Of a stretch of DNA of 64,000 nt, positions 23,813 to 34,803 are shown in pieces. The stretch's first letter is position 1. The number at the start of each line of letters is the position of its first letter. The notes beneath the pieces are model-generated. The model was not told where the DNA came from, ran no database searches, and saw nothing but the letters and a program-made list of their open reading frames with translations. The stretch lies in contig OZ025651.1 in assembly GCA_964019335.1 (NCBI GenBank), positions 744,001 through 808,000 of the forward strand. The letters run 5' to 3'. The DNA is from Diplonema japonicum. Taxonomy: Eukaryota > Protista > Euglenozoa: Diplonemea. The position numbers and the translations under genes are program-made.

Positions 23813-26254
23813 ATGCAAAGCCTCGCAGGCCAGACCCTGAACGGGTACCTGATGGAAGAAGAGCTGGGGCGTGGGGCCTTCGGGGTGGTGTGGAAGGCGA
23901 GGAAAGAAGGGAAAGCCCACGCGGTGAAGCTGCTGCGCCGGAAAAACATCGACGAGGCGAACGAAAGCCTCAAAGAGGCCTTCCTACTGAAGGAGGTGGA
24001 GCACCCTCATATTGCGAGATGCCACGAGGTGTTCCTTGCAGACGCGGCCTCTGTGTGCATCGTGATGACCCTCTACGACGGGACGTTGACAGATCTCATC
24101 GAGGAGAAGAAAAAGCTGGACGAGGGCACAATCCTGCAGATGCTCCGTGAGGTGTGCGAGGGGCTGTCCTACCTGCACGAGAAGAGCATAATCCACCGTG
24201 ACGTGAAGCCCGACAACGTGCTCTTCGGGAACAGGGAAGACAACGACAACAAACCCACCTTCGTGCTGGGGGACCTTGGGATCGGGCGGAGGAAGGTCGG
24301 GAAAGAACCCTTGCAAACACTGGCGGGGACACCTTTCTTCATGGCACCAGAGTTCTTCTTCTGCGACACAGGATACTCCTTCGGAGCGGACACATGGTCT
24401 GTAGGGGTGACAGCGTGCCTCTGCATGTTCGGTCGAAACATTGTGGAGGACATTGTCGGGACCCTCCGCTCACCCGATCTTGAGAAGCGGGAGCAAACCC
24501 ACCGTGACGCAGTGTCACTCCTCGAGAAGCACATCACCGATGAGCAACTCTGCACTGTAATCTGTGGGCTCCTCCACCCCAACCCCGAGGACAGGCTTAC
24601 CAGTTCCCGTGTTCTGGAAATGCTCACCGAAGGCACCAACAACATCATCGAAACACCCATCTGTGAGCAGCCAACATCCCCTGTGCAGCCGTCATCCCCT
24701 GTGCATCCATGCATCTGGCCATGTGAGCAACACGGAAAGGAAACGGACATGGTGTGTACTGAACCGGGGTGTGATCGGAGACCTCTGTGCCGAGACTGCA
24801 TCCGTGGTGACCACAAAGGGCACAAGTTTGCATTTGCGGAGGACATGGTGGGGGAGTCCGAGGGAAGGCTCGTGAAGGAAAAGGAGAGGCTGGAGGCGGT
24901 AAAAGGAATGCTGCCAAGCAGGGAAGGAGTGGCGGCAACAGCAAGCTCGCTCCGGAAGCAGATCGACACGGAGTTGGAAAGGACACTCGCAGCGGTGACG
25001 CAAGAGTTCGTGAGCAGGAAGGCAGAGCTGTACGCTGAGGTGGACCGATGGGCGGAGAGCAAGTCCCTTGAAGCACAGGCATTCTGCGAACAGAGGACCG
25101 CGATACAGAAACTCAGCACGAAGGTGGAAAGCCTTCTATCGACGGGCACTCCTTCCGCAAAGGCAGTGGCAGCCGCATCTCTACAACACGAAGTGACGTC
25201 GGTAATTGCAGTGAATTCATCGGAAGCAGGAGTGGAACCCGATCTGTGTTTCACGGGACCTCCTCCCTGCGTCAGCATGTTGTTGGAAACGGTTCACCAC
25301 TTTGCATCTTCCATCACGATGCAGCCCCGGCATACCATGCTGTCGTTGATGCACGAGGAGAAAGGAAGCAGGGCTGTGATATGCGATGCGCAACGCTGCG
25401 AGATGGAGGCGTTGCTTCTGTTTTCGGAGAAGGAAGGCAGGAAGGGGCTCGCCGAGGAGTATTGGGAAGAACACGAAACCCTGTGTCGTATGCAAGTTGA
25501 GGTGAAATACAACGAGGTTGCAAAGCTCGCGAAGTTAAAAGGGTGTTCGAAATACTTGGTGCTGGACTTCACAGGAGCGCACAGCATCGACGTGGAGGAG
25601 GAACACATAAACTGTGTGTCGAGCTTCAAACATGTGGTGTTGAAGGGTGTGGGGGCCGACATCTCCGAGAGCTTTCTGTCGTTGAAAAATTCTTACCTGT
25701 CCGTCTTCAGCAGAACGGTGGCCCCTCAGATGAAGTCTCTCGTCGTTGAGCTTACGGCTCCTATTCGTATTGGGAAGAGGTTTTTAACTCAGCAGAGAGA
25801 GCTCGAGACAGTGAGGTTTAAGCATAGCTCGTCTGCGTTCATTACATCCATTTCAGATTCTTACTTAGAAGGATGCAGCTTGTTGAAAAGTGTTGATTTA
25901 GGAGCCTTGTCGGCTGTCACTGCCACGGGGAATAATTTTTTGTATGGGTGTAGTTCCCTCGAATCCATCGACCTCCTGCCCTTCTCAAGCGTTACGAACA
26001 TCGGTACCTACTTCATGTCCAGATGTAGCTCTCTTGTTGAAATCGACTTGGAACCGCTTCGACAAGTTATTACGGTGAATTGTAAATTCTTGTCGGAGTG
26101 CCACTCCCTTCGGAGCATCGACCTCCGCCCCTTTTCTAATGTTGCTCAAATCTACAGAGGCTCCGGTCAATTCTTGTCAGGGTGCAGCTCCCTTCAAAGC
26201 ATCGACCCTACCCCTCTTTCCACTGTGGTTCGCAAGGCGCTCCAGATAAAGTGA
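23813..26254 (+). CDS. Ser/Thr kinase (NEK-like) + B-box zinc finger + coiled coil + BspA/LRR_5-type leucine-rich repeats
   Basis: GRGAFG, AVK, HRDVKPDN, DLG, APE; B-box CEQH..C..C..LCRDC..HKGH; repeated FLxxCxSLxSIDLxP..VTxIG. Confidence 0.88.
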   Translation: MQSLAGQTLNGYLMEEELGRGAFGVVWKARKEGKAHAVKLLRRKNIDEANESLKEAFLLKEVEHPHIARCHEVFLADAASVCIVMTLYDGTLTDLIEEKKKLDEGTILQMLREVCEGLSYLHEKSIIHRDVKPDNVLFGNREDNDNKPTFVLGDLGIGRRKVGKEPLQTLAGTPFFMAPEFFFCDTGYSFGADTWSVGVTACLCMFGRNIVEDIVGTLRSPDLEKREQTHRDAVSLLEKHITDEQLCTVICGLLHPNPEDRLTSSRVLEMLTEGTNNIIETPICEQPTSPVQPSSPVHPCIWPCEQHGKETDMVCTEPGCDRRPLCRDCIRGDHKGHKFAFAEDMVGESEGRLVKEKERLEAVKGMLPSREGVAATASSLRKQIDTELERTLAAVTQEFVSRKAELYAEVDRWAESKSLEAQAFCEQRTAIQKLSTKVESLLSTGTPSAKAVAAASLQHEVTSVIAVNSSEAGVEPDLCFTGPPPCVSMLLETVHHFASSITMQPRHTMLSLMHEEKGSRAVICDAQRCEMEALLLFSEKEGRKGLAEEYWEEHETLCRMQVEVKYNEVAKLAKLKGCSKYLVLDFTGAHSIDVEEEHINCVSSFKHVVLKGVGADISESFLSLKNSYLSVFSRTVAPQMKSLVVELTAPIRIGKRFLTQQRELETVRFKHSSSAFITSISDSYLEGCSLLKSVDLGALSAVTATGNNFLYGCSSLESIDLLPFSSVTNIGTYFMSRCSSLVEIDLEPLRQVITVNCKFLSECHSLRSIDLRPFSNVAQIYRGSGQFLSGCSSLQSIDPTPLSTVVRKALQIK

Positions 26255-26765
26255 ATTTTCACGGGAAAAAAAAAGGAAAGAAAAAAAAAAAGGAAAAAAA
26301 AAAAAAAAAAAAACCTATTTTTTGTTTATTTATTATTCTCTTTGATGAGATTATATTTAAAAAAAAAAACTACTGCTACTGCCCCAGGGGAGATTTCTTT
26401 TTTTTTTTTTTATTCAGTCGTCGATGGTAGTTTGCAGCCGGACTGAGTGACTGACTGGAAAAAAAAAAAGAAAGTTGGTCAAATCGCTAGGAGGGTAGGA
26501 GGGGTACCATATTTTTTACCTTGTTGAGGGTAGCTATTTTTATTATTGTAGACCTACAGTAACAATCGATGGGATCGTTTATGTTCCCGGGAGGGGGGGG
26601 GGGGGGGGGGGTATCCCCTGGCACGGAAAAGGGTTGGATACCACCCCTTTTAGCCCAACCCATCCCCCCTTGAAGCTCAACATTTTTTTTTTTCTTTTTA
26701 GAAATTTCTTTTTTGAATTTATTATTTCGTCCTTCACACTTTATAGAGGGGAGAAAAAAAAAGAA

Positions 26766-27947
26766 ATGTCAACCCTTTCGGTGTCGAACCTTGAGGATAC
26801 CTTGAAGGCTCACATCCCTGCCGATAAACTGAGGGAGGTGAAGGGTGTCCTCTTCGGTGGTGACGCTCCATGCATGGACATCCCGGATGACGTAGCGGAC
26901 GAGGCGAGGCAGGGAGGGTTTGAAGTGAAAGGGTACAAACTAGGAAACACGCTGACAGAGCAGCTGAGGGAACCGAGGGTTGTGAGGGTCGGCGCCGTGC
27001 AAAACAGCATCGTGCTCCCAACGAACGCTCCCCTGGACGCGCAGTACAAGGCCATCTGCGACAAGCTTGAAAAAATCGCCGACACCGCCGCAAAAATGAA
27101 CGTCAACATCCTCGCGTTACAAGAAGCATGGACGGGGCCATTCTTCTTCTGCACCAGGGAAAAAATGCCCTGGTGCGAACTGGCAGAATGCCCCGAGACG
27201 GGACCCTCCTTCCACCTCATGTCGAAAATCGCAAAGAAACACAACATGGTAATCGTGTCCTCAATCTTGGAAAGAGATCTCCAGCACAACGGCGTCATCT
27301 GGAACACGGCAGTCGTTATAGGCAACAACGGGAACTATATTGGAAAGCACAGGAAGAACCACATCCCTCGGGTAGGGGATTTCAACGAGGCAACGTACTA
27401 CAGCGAGGGGGACACCGGGCACCCTGTTTTCGAAACCGCGTTTGGAAAAATCGCGATCAATATTTGTTACGGTCGGCACCACCCTCTGAACTGGCATATG
27501 TTCGGGGCCAACGGGGCTGAAATCGTGTTCAACCCCTCCGCTACTGTCGGTGCGCTGTCCGAGCCCATGTGGGCTGTTGAAGCACGTAACGCCGCAATCG
27601 CGAATTCCTATTATACAGTAGCCATCAACAGGGTCGGGACAGAGGTGTTCCCCAATGCGTTCACCTCCGGTGACGGGAAACCCGCTCACGCGGATTTCGG
27701 GCATTTTTACGGGTCCTCTTACATTGCTGCGCCTGATGCGTCTCGTACGCCCTCTCTCTCTCGTGACAAAGACGGGCTTCTCGTGGTGGAGATGGACCTC
27801 AACCTTTGCCGACAGATCAAGGACAAATGGATGCTGAGCATCACGGGCAGGCCACAGCTTTACGCCGACGCCTTGTCGCGGTATGCAAAGCACGATTTCG
27901 TGCCGCAGGTGATTTCTGACCCTTCGCTCGCAAAGGCAAAACTTTAA
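26766..27947 (+). CDS. UPB1: Beta-ureidopropionase (beta-alanine synthase, nitrilase superfamily) with C-terminal PTS1-like AKL
   Basis: LQEAW, FFFCTREK.PW, RKNHIPRVGDFNE, NICYGRHHPLNW, AHADFGHFYGSS. Confidence 0.95.
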   Translation: MSTLSVSNLEDTLKAHIPADKLREVKGVLFGGDAPCMDIPDDVADEARQGGFEVKGYKLGNTLTEQLREPRVVRVGAVQNSIVLPTNAPLDAQYKAICDKLEKIADTAAKMNVNILALQEAWTGPFFFCTREKMPWCELAECPETGPSFHLMSKIAKKHNMVIVSSILERDLQHNGVIWNTAVVIGNNGNYIGKHRKNHIPRVGDFNEATYYSEGDTGHPVFETAFGKIAINICYGRHHPLNWHMFGANGAEIVFNPSATVGALSEPMWAVEARNAAIANSYYTVAINRVGTEVFPNAFTSGDGKPAHADFGHFYGSSYIAAPDASRTPSLSRDKDGLLVVEMDLNLCRQIKDKWMLSITGRPQLYADALSRYAKHDFVPQVISDPSLAKAKL

Positions 27948-28069
27948 AAAAACGATTTTTTTTTGGGGGGGATACTATTTTAACGAATACTAATGACTTT
28001 ACACGATATTTTTTTTTGTTTTTTTTTTTCACGCAAGGGAAGGAAAAACCGATATAACTGTGGGGAACC

Positions 28070-28100
<31 letters not shown>

Positions 28101-28547
28101 GGGGAGGGACCCCCTCCCCCGCCGCAGTATATTTCTTCCCTGTTTCTGTGTCGATTCTTGATATAAACGCTCACCCTTTCCACCCCCCTCTTTATTTTTT
28201 TTCTTTCCCTCTTTCCCCATTCCCCCCTCTTGGTGGGTTGCGTTGCTGACGCTTCTCTCCCACCGCAGTGAGTTCTTTTTTAAAAAAAAACGATACAAAA
28301 AAAAAACCAAAAATCAGAGGTGCTTTTTTTTCCTACAAAACAAAAAAAATAAAAGAAAGAAAAAAAACACCCTTTTATAAAAAAAAAAAAGCGGGTAGGA
28401 ACAGATAGTGTAGGCCATCCCCCCCCCCCCCCTTTCTTATTTGTGTTATATCTCGCTACCTCTGTTTTTTTTTTTCCCCTTTATTTTCTTCTTCCCCTTT
28501 GCTTGAACTATAATTTCTTTCCATCATCACAGTAACAAGAACGTAAA

Positions 28548-29999
28548 ATGCCGGAAGGCGTGGGAGATGAAGGGCCTACGGCACAAGAGAAGATGCTGTG
28601 GCTGTGGTCCAACCTGGTGGGCCAAACGGTGACGGTAACGTGCCGCGACGGAAAGGTGTGGGATGGCCTCATGGAGGCGAAGGACGGCGAGGGCCTGGCA
28701 CTGGTGCTGACGCTGGGCCGACAGAAAAAAGGCGGAAAGGCAAAGGGAACCGACAATATAAATTTGAAGAAAATACTAAAAATTGCTTCCGACGACGTAC
28801 TCCACGTTCAATGCATTGATGCCAGCCTCTTCACCCACGAGGTCAAAGGCGTCACAGGCACAGACTCTTTCTGCCCCTCCTCTACCGACCGAGACCTTGT
28901 AAAATGGGACGCGACAACCGGCAGCAACGGTGAAGAGCTAGAAGGCGCGCTCCGCACCACCAACCACACCACAGGCGAGTGGAACCAGTTCGAGGCCAAC
29001 GCAAAAATGTTTAAATACAAGTCCTCCTACTCCGAGGACTACTACACCACCAGGCTCGACAAAACCCAGTTCACCCAGGAACAGATCGACAAGGCGGAGA
29101 GAATAACCATGGAGATCGAGGGCAAAGGCGGCGGCGGCAACGACTGCGAAGCTTGGGCAGACGATTACGACGAAGAGGCGGCGTATGCAGGCGTGACAAG
29201 AGAGTCCGACCCGGTGTCTCAAAACCAATACCTTGCAGGCCTTGCGAAGGAAGGCTCGTACATCCCACCGCATTTGAGAAAAACAACGATGCAAATGGCA
29301 AAAACTGGTAACGGGTCATCGCCATCATTGCCCCAAGCTGCAGAGATCCCCAACAACCAACCCATCATTGACCCACAGTACCAGCGAGACGGTGCCTTGC
29401 AGGTAAGGGCTGACCACGGTGCGCCTGCAAGGATCCCGCAGGACTGCTACAGGGAGAGCGATGGTGCGCCCGCAATGGCGGTAGCGCCGCAACCTGTCGC
29501 CACGCCGCAGTCTCAGCCAGCACCGCTGAACCCTACACAGCAAGCTGCCCCGCCTGTGGAGGAGCCGAAAGTATCCCCCCAGACAGCCCTCCACGCGCTT
29601 CCTCTTCATAAGCGAAGCATACCAAACAAGAGTATCCTCGCCATGCGGACTCGTATGGTGCATGACCCTTCCAGGGCTACCAAGGCACGGGCCGACACGA
29701 GCAACCCTCAGTCCCGGGCTATGGTATTTCTAAGATGGGAAAAAAAAGAGAAAAAAATAACAGGAAATCGCCGCGTTCAAAGAGGAGTCGAAGCGTTTTG
29801 CGGAAACGTTCAAGAAAAAAGCCTCGCCGGCAGAGGCCGCCGCGGCCGCCAAGCTCGAGGACCCCGCACAACAACCACAACAACAGGACGAGGATGACGA
29901 TGGGTTGGACACCCCGCAGAAGAAAAAGCTGAACCCGGCTGCCGTCCCATTCGTAATGAAGGCCTCAGACGAGGAAGACGCGAAACCGGTACATATATT

Positions 30000-30063
<64 letters not shown>

Positions 30064-30883
30064 AGACGCCCCCTGTGGAGCTTGTGCCGGCTCCAGATCC
30101 GATTTGGAAAGTGCAGCTCTCCGAAAAGGCAAAGGAGAACAAATTTATCTGCAAGATCATCGCCGACGGAATCTACAGTAGGATCAAGGCGAAGAACGTC
30201 CAGCATCTCCCCAACCAGCCAAACCAGCAGCAAGTCCCCATCCCTGGCGACCCAAGCGTATTTACTCATGAATGGGAAGGGGATGATTATTACTGGGATG
30301 AGGAGAACGACAGCGATACTGAGAAGGGGGCGGCTCACTTCAATGGTAGCCAGGCGTCTTATGGTGGTCCGCCACCTCCACAACAGCAGCAGCAACAGCA
30401 ACCAATGCAGCATCAGCCGATTCCGGGGCAGCCGCCTATGGGGCATCAAGAAATGCATCATATGCCGCATCAAAGACCGCCGCCGCCATCTTACCCGTCT
30501 TACCAGCCCTCTGGTGGAGCGCAGCCACCCTGGCAGCAGCCTCCCCATAATGCTCCTTACCAACCTTGGAATGCAAACCCTAACAGTCAGCCGCAGCAGT
30601 ACAGTCAGCCTCCACAGTATAATCAGCAGTACCAATCGATGCCCCCACCGCCGCACCAGCAGCATATGGGTGGGTACCAGAACCCGACTCCTCCTCCTCA
30701 CAGTGCCCCTCCCATGGGTCAGCCGCCGGCTATGCGGCAGCAGTACCAATACCCTCCTCAGCAAGGCGGGTACCCTCAGCAACAGCCACCACCTCAGCAG
30801 CCTCCTCAGCAACCACCCCCTCAACATGGCCAGCAGCCTATGTACTCACAACAAGGTGCTCCTCCTCACCACCATGTATGATT

Positions 30884-30922
<39 letters not shown>

Positions 30923-31222
30923 TAATTTTTTTTGCAGGACCCCAACATGCACATGCAACATCAAGGGCACCTCCCTCCCTCTAGCCATGCTGGTTACCAA
31001 CCGCACATGCAACAGAGACCGGTATTGTTTTTTTTTTTCCCTCTTTTTTTGTTTTTGTTTTGTCTTTGTTTTTGTTTCTTTTGTTTCCATTTTTTTTTTT
31101 TTTTTTTTTTGTGTTTCTTTCTTTATTTATTCCTTTTTTTTTCCAGCAATTTGGCGGAGGTCAGATGGAAGGGAACCAGGAGTACGGTGGCTACCCTAAC
31201 CAGGTGTGACCCTTGGGTGGAT

Positions 31223-31275
<53 letters not shown>

Positions 31276-31442
31276 CTGAAACCCCCGAACTTCCGTCCTG
31301 TCTGAGTGTGCCATTTTTCTGTAAACTTCGCCATTGGGGTTGAACTAAATAATAAATACAGGGGCAGCCACCAACTCAGCAACCAATGCATCAGCCTATG
31401 CAACAAAGAAGACCACAGCAAGTGAACGCGGGAAGAAGATAA
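28548..31442 (+). CDS. Ataxin-2/PBP1-like protein (Lsm, LsmAD, PAM2, Q/P-rich tail)
   Basis: LsmAD WNQFEANAKMF..SSYSEDYYTTRLD; PAM2 KLNPAAVPFV. Introns at 29724-29763, 29989-30065, 30876-30937, 31022-31146 and 31204-31361. Confidence 0.85.
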
Positions 31443-32685
31443 AAGCAAAAAAAAAGGGGGGAAGAAAAAAAAAAAAAAAGCAAATACAAAAAAGGAAGAA
31501 AAAGGGGGGGGGGGAGAGGGGCGCAGGAGAAGGGGAACTGATTAGTCGTTCAGAGAGAAAGAGAAAAAAAAAAAAAACCTTTCTTTTTTTTTTCTTTTGT
31601 CAAAAAAAAAGGATTTTCGCTGTTCGCTCTTGTCCCCCTCCCTCCCCCTCCCCCCTTTTTCTTTAAAACCCCTTTCTTTGTTTCTTCGGGTGCATCCTTT
31701 TCTTTTTTTTCTTTGAATGATTCTTTTTTTTTTTAACTGGATGAGGACCGATTCTTGCTATTTGATGTGCAAATAGAAACCCCTCCTCTTCCCCCTGCTT
31801 TTTTCTTTTCTTTTCTTCCCCCATCTTTCATTAGGTAAAAACTAATTTTTTTTTCTTCTTATCTTTACTGCGGCAATTTGTTTCCCTTCCCCTCCCCCTC
31901 TTTTTTTTTTCGTGCACAAGGCGGTGGGGAGAGGGTGGGAGGTTACAATGGAAAATCATTGTTTTCCTCCCCCTCCATTTTTTCTTCTTCTCCTTTTTCT
32001 CTTTCCCTTCTAAGTCTAGATTCTACTTTTTTTTTCTTCTTTTTTTTTTTAATTTTCCATTCACCCCCCCAAAAATCCTCTCCCTCTCCCCTTTTATTTT
32101 GGAGCTAAATGGTTTTTATTTTATTTTTTTATTCTTCTTTTTTTTTTTTCCTGTCATTTTATTATTTCCCCTCATATTAAACCTGTCTAAAAGAAAATTC
32201 TCCTTTTTACGTTTCAGGGAGAAAAACAAAGGAGAAAAAAAAAAAGAAAAAAAAATAACAAGGGGAGGGGTGGTGGCGTAGCACATTCCCTCCACCCGTT
32301 TTTTCTTTTATTTAAAAAAAGGAGATAAAATAAGAGGGGATCGAAAGGGGGTTTTGTGTTAAGACAACGGGGAAGGAGGAAGAAAACAATGGGAGGGGGA
32401 GGGGGTGCATCACTCTACATTCTTTTTTATCTTGGCCATGGTGTTCCCCTATATTTCCCCCGTTATCCTGCTGGTCTGGATTTCTTTTTTTTTTCCCGCA
32501 GGGTCTTCTTCTTCATCAATAGGGATCAGAGGCCCGTGTTTGGGAGGTGACAGTCGCACGTGTAGAAAGCTCATTTCAAATGTATCGTTAAAACCGCAAA
32601 CACCCAAGTAAAAAAAAAAAAAAAGAGAGAGACAAGGAGTGGTGGGGAACAGAAGATTGCAATGTGAGGCAGTGCGCAAATAGTA

Positions 32686-32727
<42 letters not shown>

Positions 32728-32941
32728 AAGAAAAAAAAACTTTTCTTGTGGGGAAAAATCTGTGTGGTCCTTTTTCAAGTGCCCCACTCCTTTGGTTGTT
32801 GCGTTTCATAATTTCTTTTTTTTTAAAAGGGGGGTTTTTTTTTTTTGGTGGGGCCGTTGCTAACCACTTCGTTTCCTATCATAGTGAATTTTTTTTTCTT
32901 AAAAGAAAGAAAGAGTTGGTTTTGTTGGTGGTGGCGCGGGG

Positions 32942-32974
<33 letters not shown>

Positions 32975-33059
32975 GTTTTGTCTTCTTTTCTTCTGCTTCC
33001 CTCCCACTTTGGTGTATCCCCTGTTTTTTTTTTTTTTTCCCTTTTTTTTTTTCTCTGTT

Positions 33060-33098
33060 CCCCAACGATTCTAAAGCTACAGTTTCTGTTCTTTATGG
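33060..33098 (+). other. Genomic relic of a euglenozoan (diplonemid-type) spliced-leader exon
   Basis: CCAACGATTCTAAAGCTACAGTTTCTGTTCTTTATGG against the diplonemid SL as I recall it (AACCAACGATTTAAAAGCTACAGTTTCTGTACTTTATTG); the conserved euglenozoan CAGTTTCTGTACTTTATTG core has 2 mismatches. Confidence 0.8.
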
Positions 33099-33980
33099 GT
33101 GGTGGGGATAACATGGAAATATAAGAAGTACATCAGATGTGCTGTTCGCTGTTGACCTCCTCGTCGGTCATCACCGGTAGCGCCTGAGTGGAAGAATGTA
33201 TTGCAGATTCTCAGGGTGACGAACAGGCAGTAAACTAATCAAAATAGAGTACACCTGCAGTTGCTTGTACGCCAGGCGGCTTATAAGCAACCAAAGTCAT
33301 TCTTCTTTTTTTCTCTTTTTTCTTTTCACCCCTCTGCTTCATAGATCTTTTTTTATTTTTTTTTTTTTTATCCTCACACCCCATTCCCCCTCCTCTCCTT
33401 TTCGGTGTGAGAAGAATGGGAAAGAACAAATTAAAAGATCGGGGAAAAAAAAAAAAAAAAAGTCCAGTGTAGGCGGTACGCTCTTAATGATTTGTTGTTG
33501 CCCTTTTTTCTTTTTCTTTTTTTTTTCTTCTTTTTTTCCATGCGACTTTACGATTCCTTGAGATGACTGTGCGGCCCTCTTCCACAGGGTGGAGAATCTA
33601 CAGGAAGGATGATGAAAGCTTCAGGATCAAAGTAGTTTAGGTTATTAATCAGAGACATGTTTCTCAGTAAAGTCTTGATATTGTTTTTTTTTTATGTCCC
33701 CCCCCAGTTGTATCACGAGCAAAAAAATAACTTGCCTTGCATGGACGAGCTTCAAAAAGAGAGAGAGAAGAAGAGAAAAAAAAAGAAGGAAAAAAAAAAA
33801 AAAAAGCGACATAAGCCAAGAGGAAAATGTTTTCTTTTTTTTTTTCGCCTTGACAATATTATTGTCGAGCACTACAAAAAAAGAAAAAAAAAAAGGAAAA
33901 AAAAAAAGAAAAAAAAAACTAATTACTATTTTATTAGGTAAAATTCCCGCTCGCGCGCGCACAAACAAGTGAAGCGGCAA

Positions 33981-34028
<48 letters not shown>

Positions 34029-34803
34029 CCCGCCCCTCTCTTTTCTTCTGAACTTGTTGCTTTGTTCTTTTTTTTTTTTAAATGTCGTGTAAAAAGAAGA
34101 AGAAAAAAAAAAAAAAAAAAAGAACCGATTACATTCCATGATGGGTGTAAAATTCAGTGTGTGAGCTTAGGCTTTCTTTTTTTTTTTTAAAGGGGTATTA
34201 CAAATATGGACTCAACTCGTGAAAAAGGGGGAGGGTGAGGACAACTGTGTTTTTTTTTTTCTCTTCTTTTTTTTCTTTCTTTCTTTCTTCCCTTTCTATG
34301 GGGAGGTGGCACATATGTAGTGGCTATTTTATTTTGATTTTTTCATTTGCCCCCCCCCCCCCCCCCATTGGCTTTCTCCCCTTTCTATTTTTTTTTCCAG
34401 CGTGTGTGCACTAGAGACAATGCAAGGTTACCACCTAGAGCTGAGGCTAGAAAAAAGAAGAAAAAAAAAAGGTGGTGTTTGTTGGTGGGTTGTAGTCTTT
34501 CTTCTTCTTCTTTTTCATTTTATTTATCTCCCCCCTTTTTTTTTGCCTTCTTACCCAACATTCACGCCAGCAGAACTCCCCTCACTTCACCACGCTTTGA
34601 ATCCCTTTCCCACAACCTTTCCTCACCCTCCTTTTTTTTCTTCCCCCTTTACTCCATCCTTTTCTTTATTCCCCGTCCTCCCCTCCCCCCACCTGATTTT
34701 ACATTTTACTTATTTTTTTTTCATCTTTATCTTTCATTGATCGTCGCTGGGGAAAAAAAAAAAAAAAAGAAAAAAAAAATGGGGTGGTGTTTTTTATTTT
34801 TAG

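Noticed and set aside
32400-32610. Small spliced gene in a complex-sequence island
   Set aside because: No exon combination I tried gave a convincing ORF.
33060-33200. Functional SL RNA gene
   Set aside because: Mismatches in the conserved core, no GTAT-type donor, no evident Sm site and no tandem array.
31450-34790. Many poly-Lys/poly-Phe ORFs here and in other intergenic regions
   Set aside because: They are translations of A/T homopolymer runs with no coding complexity.
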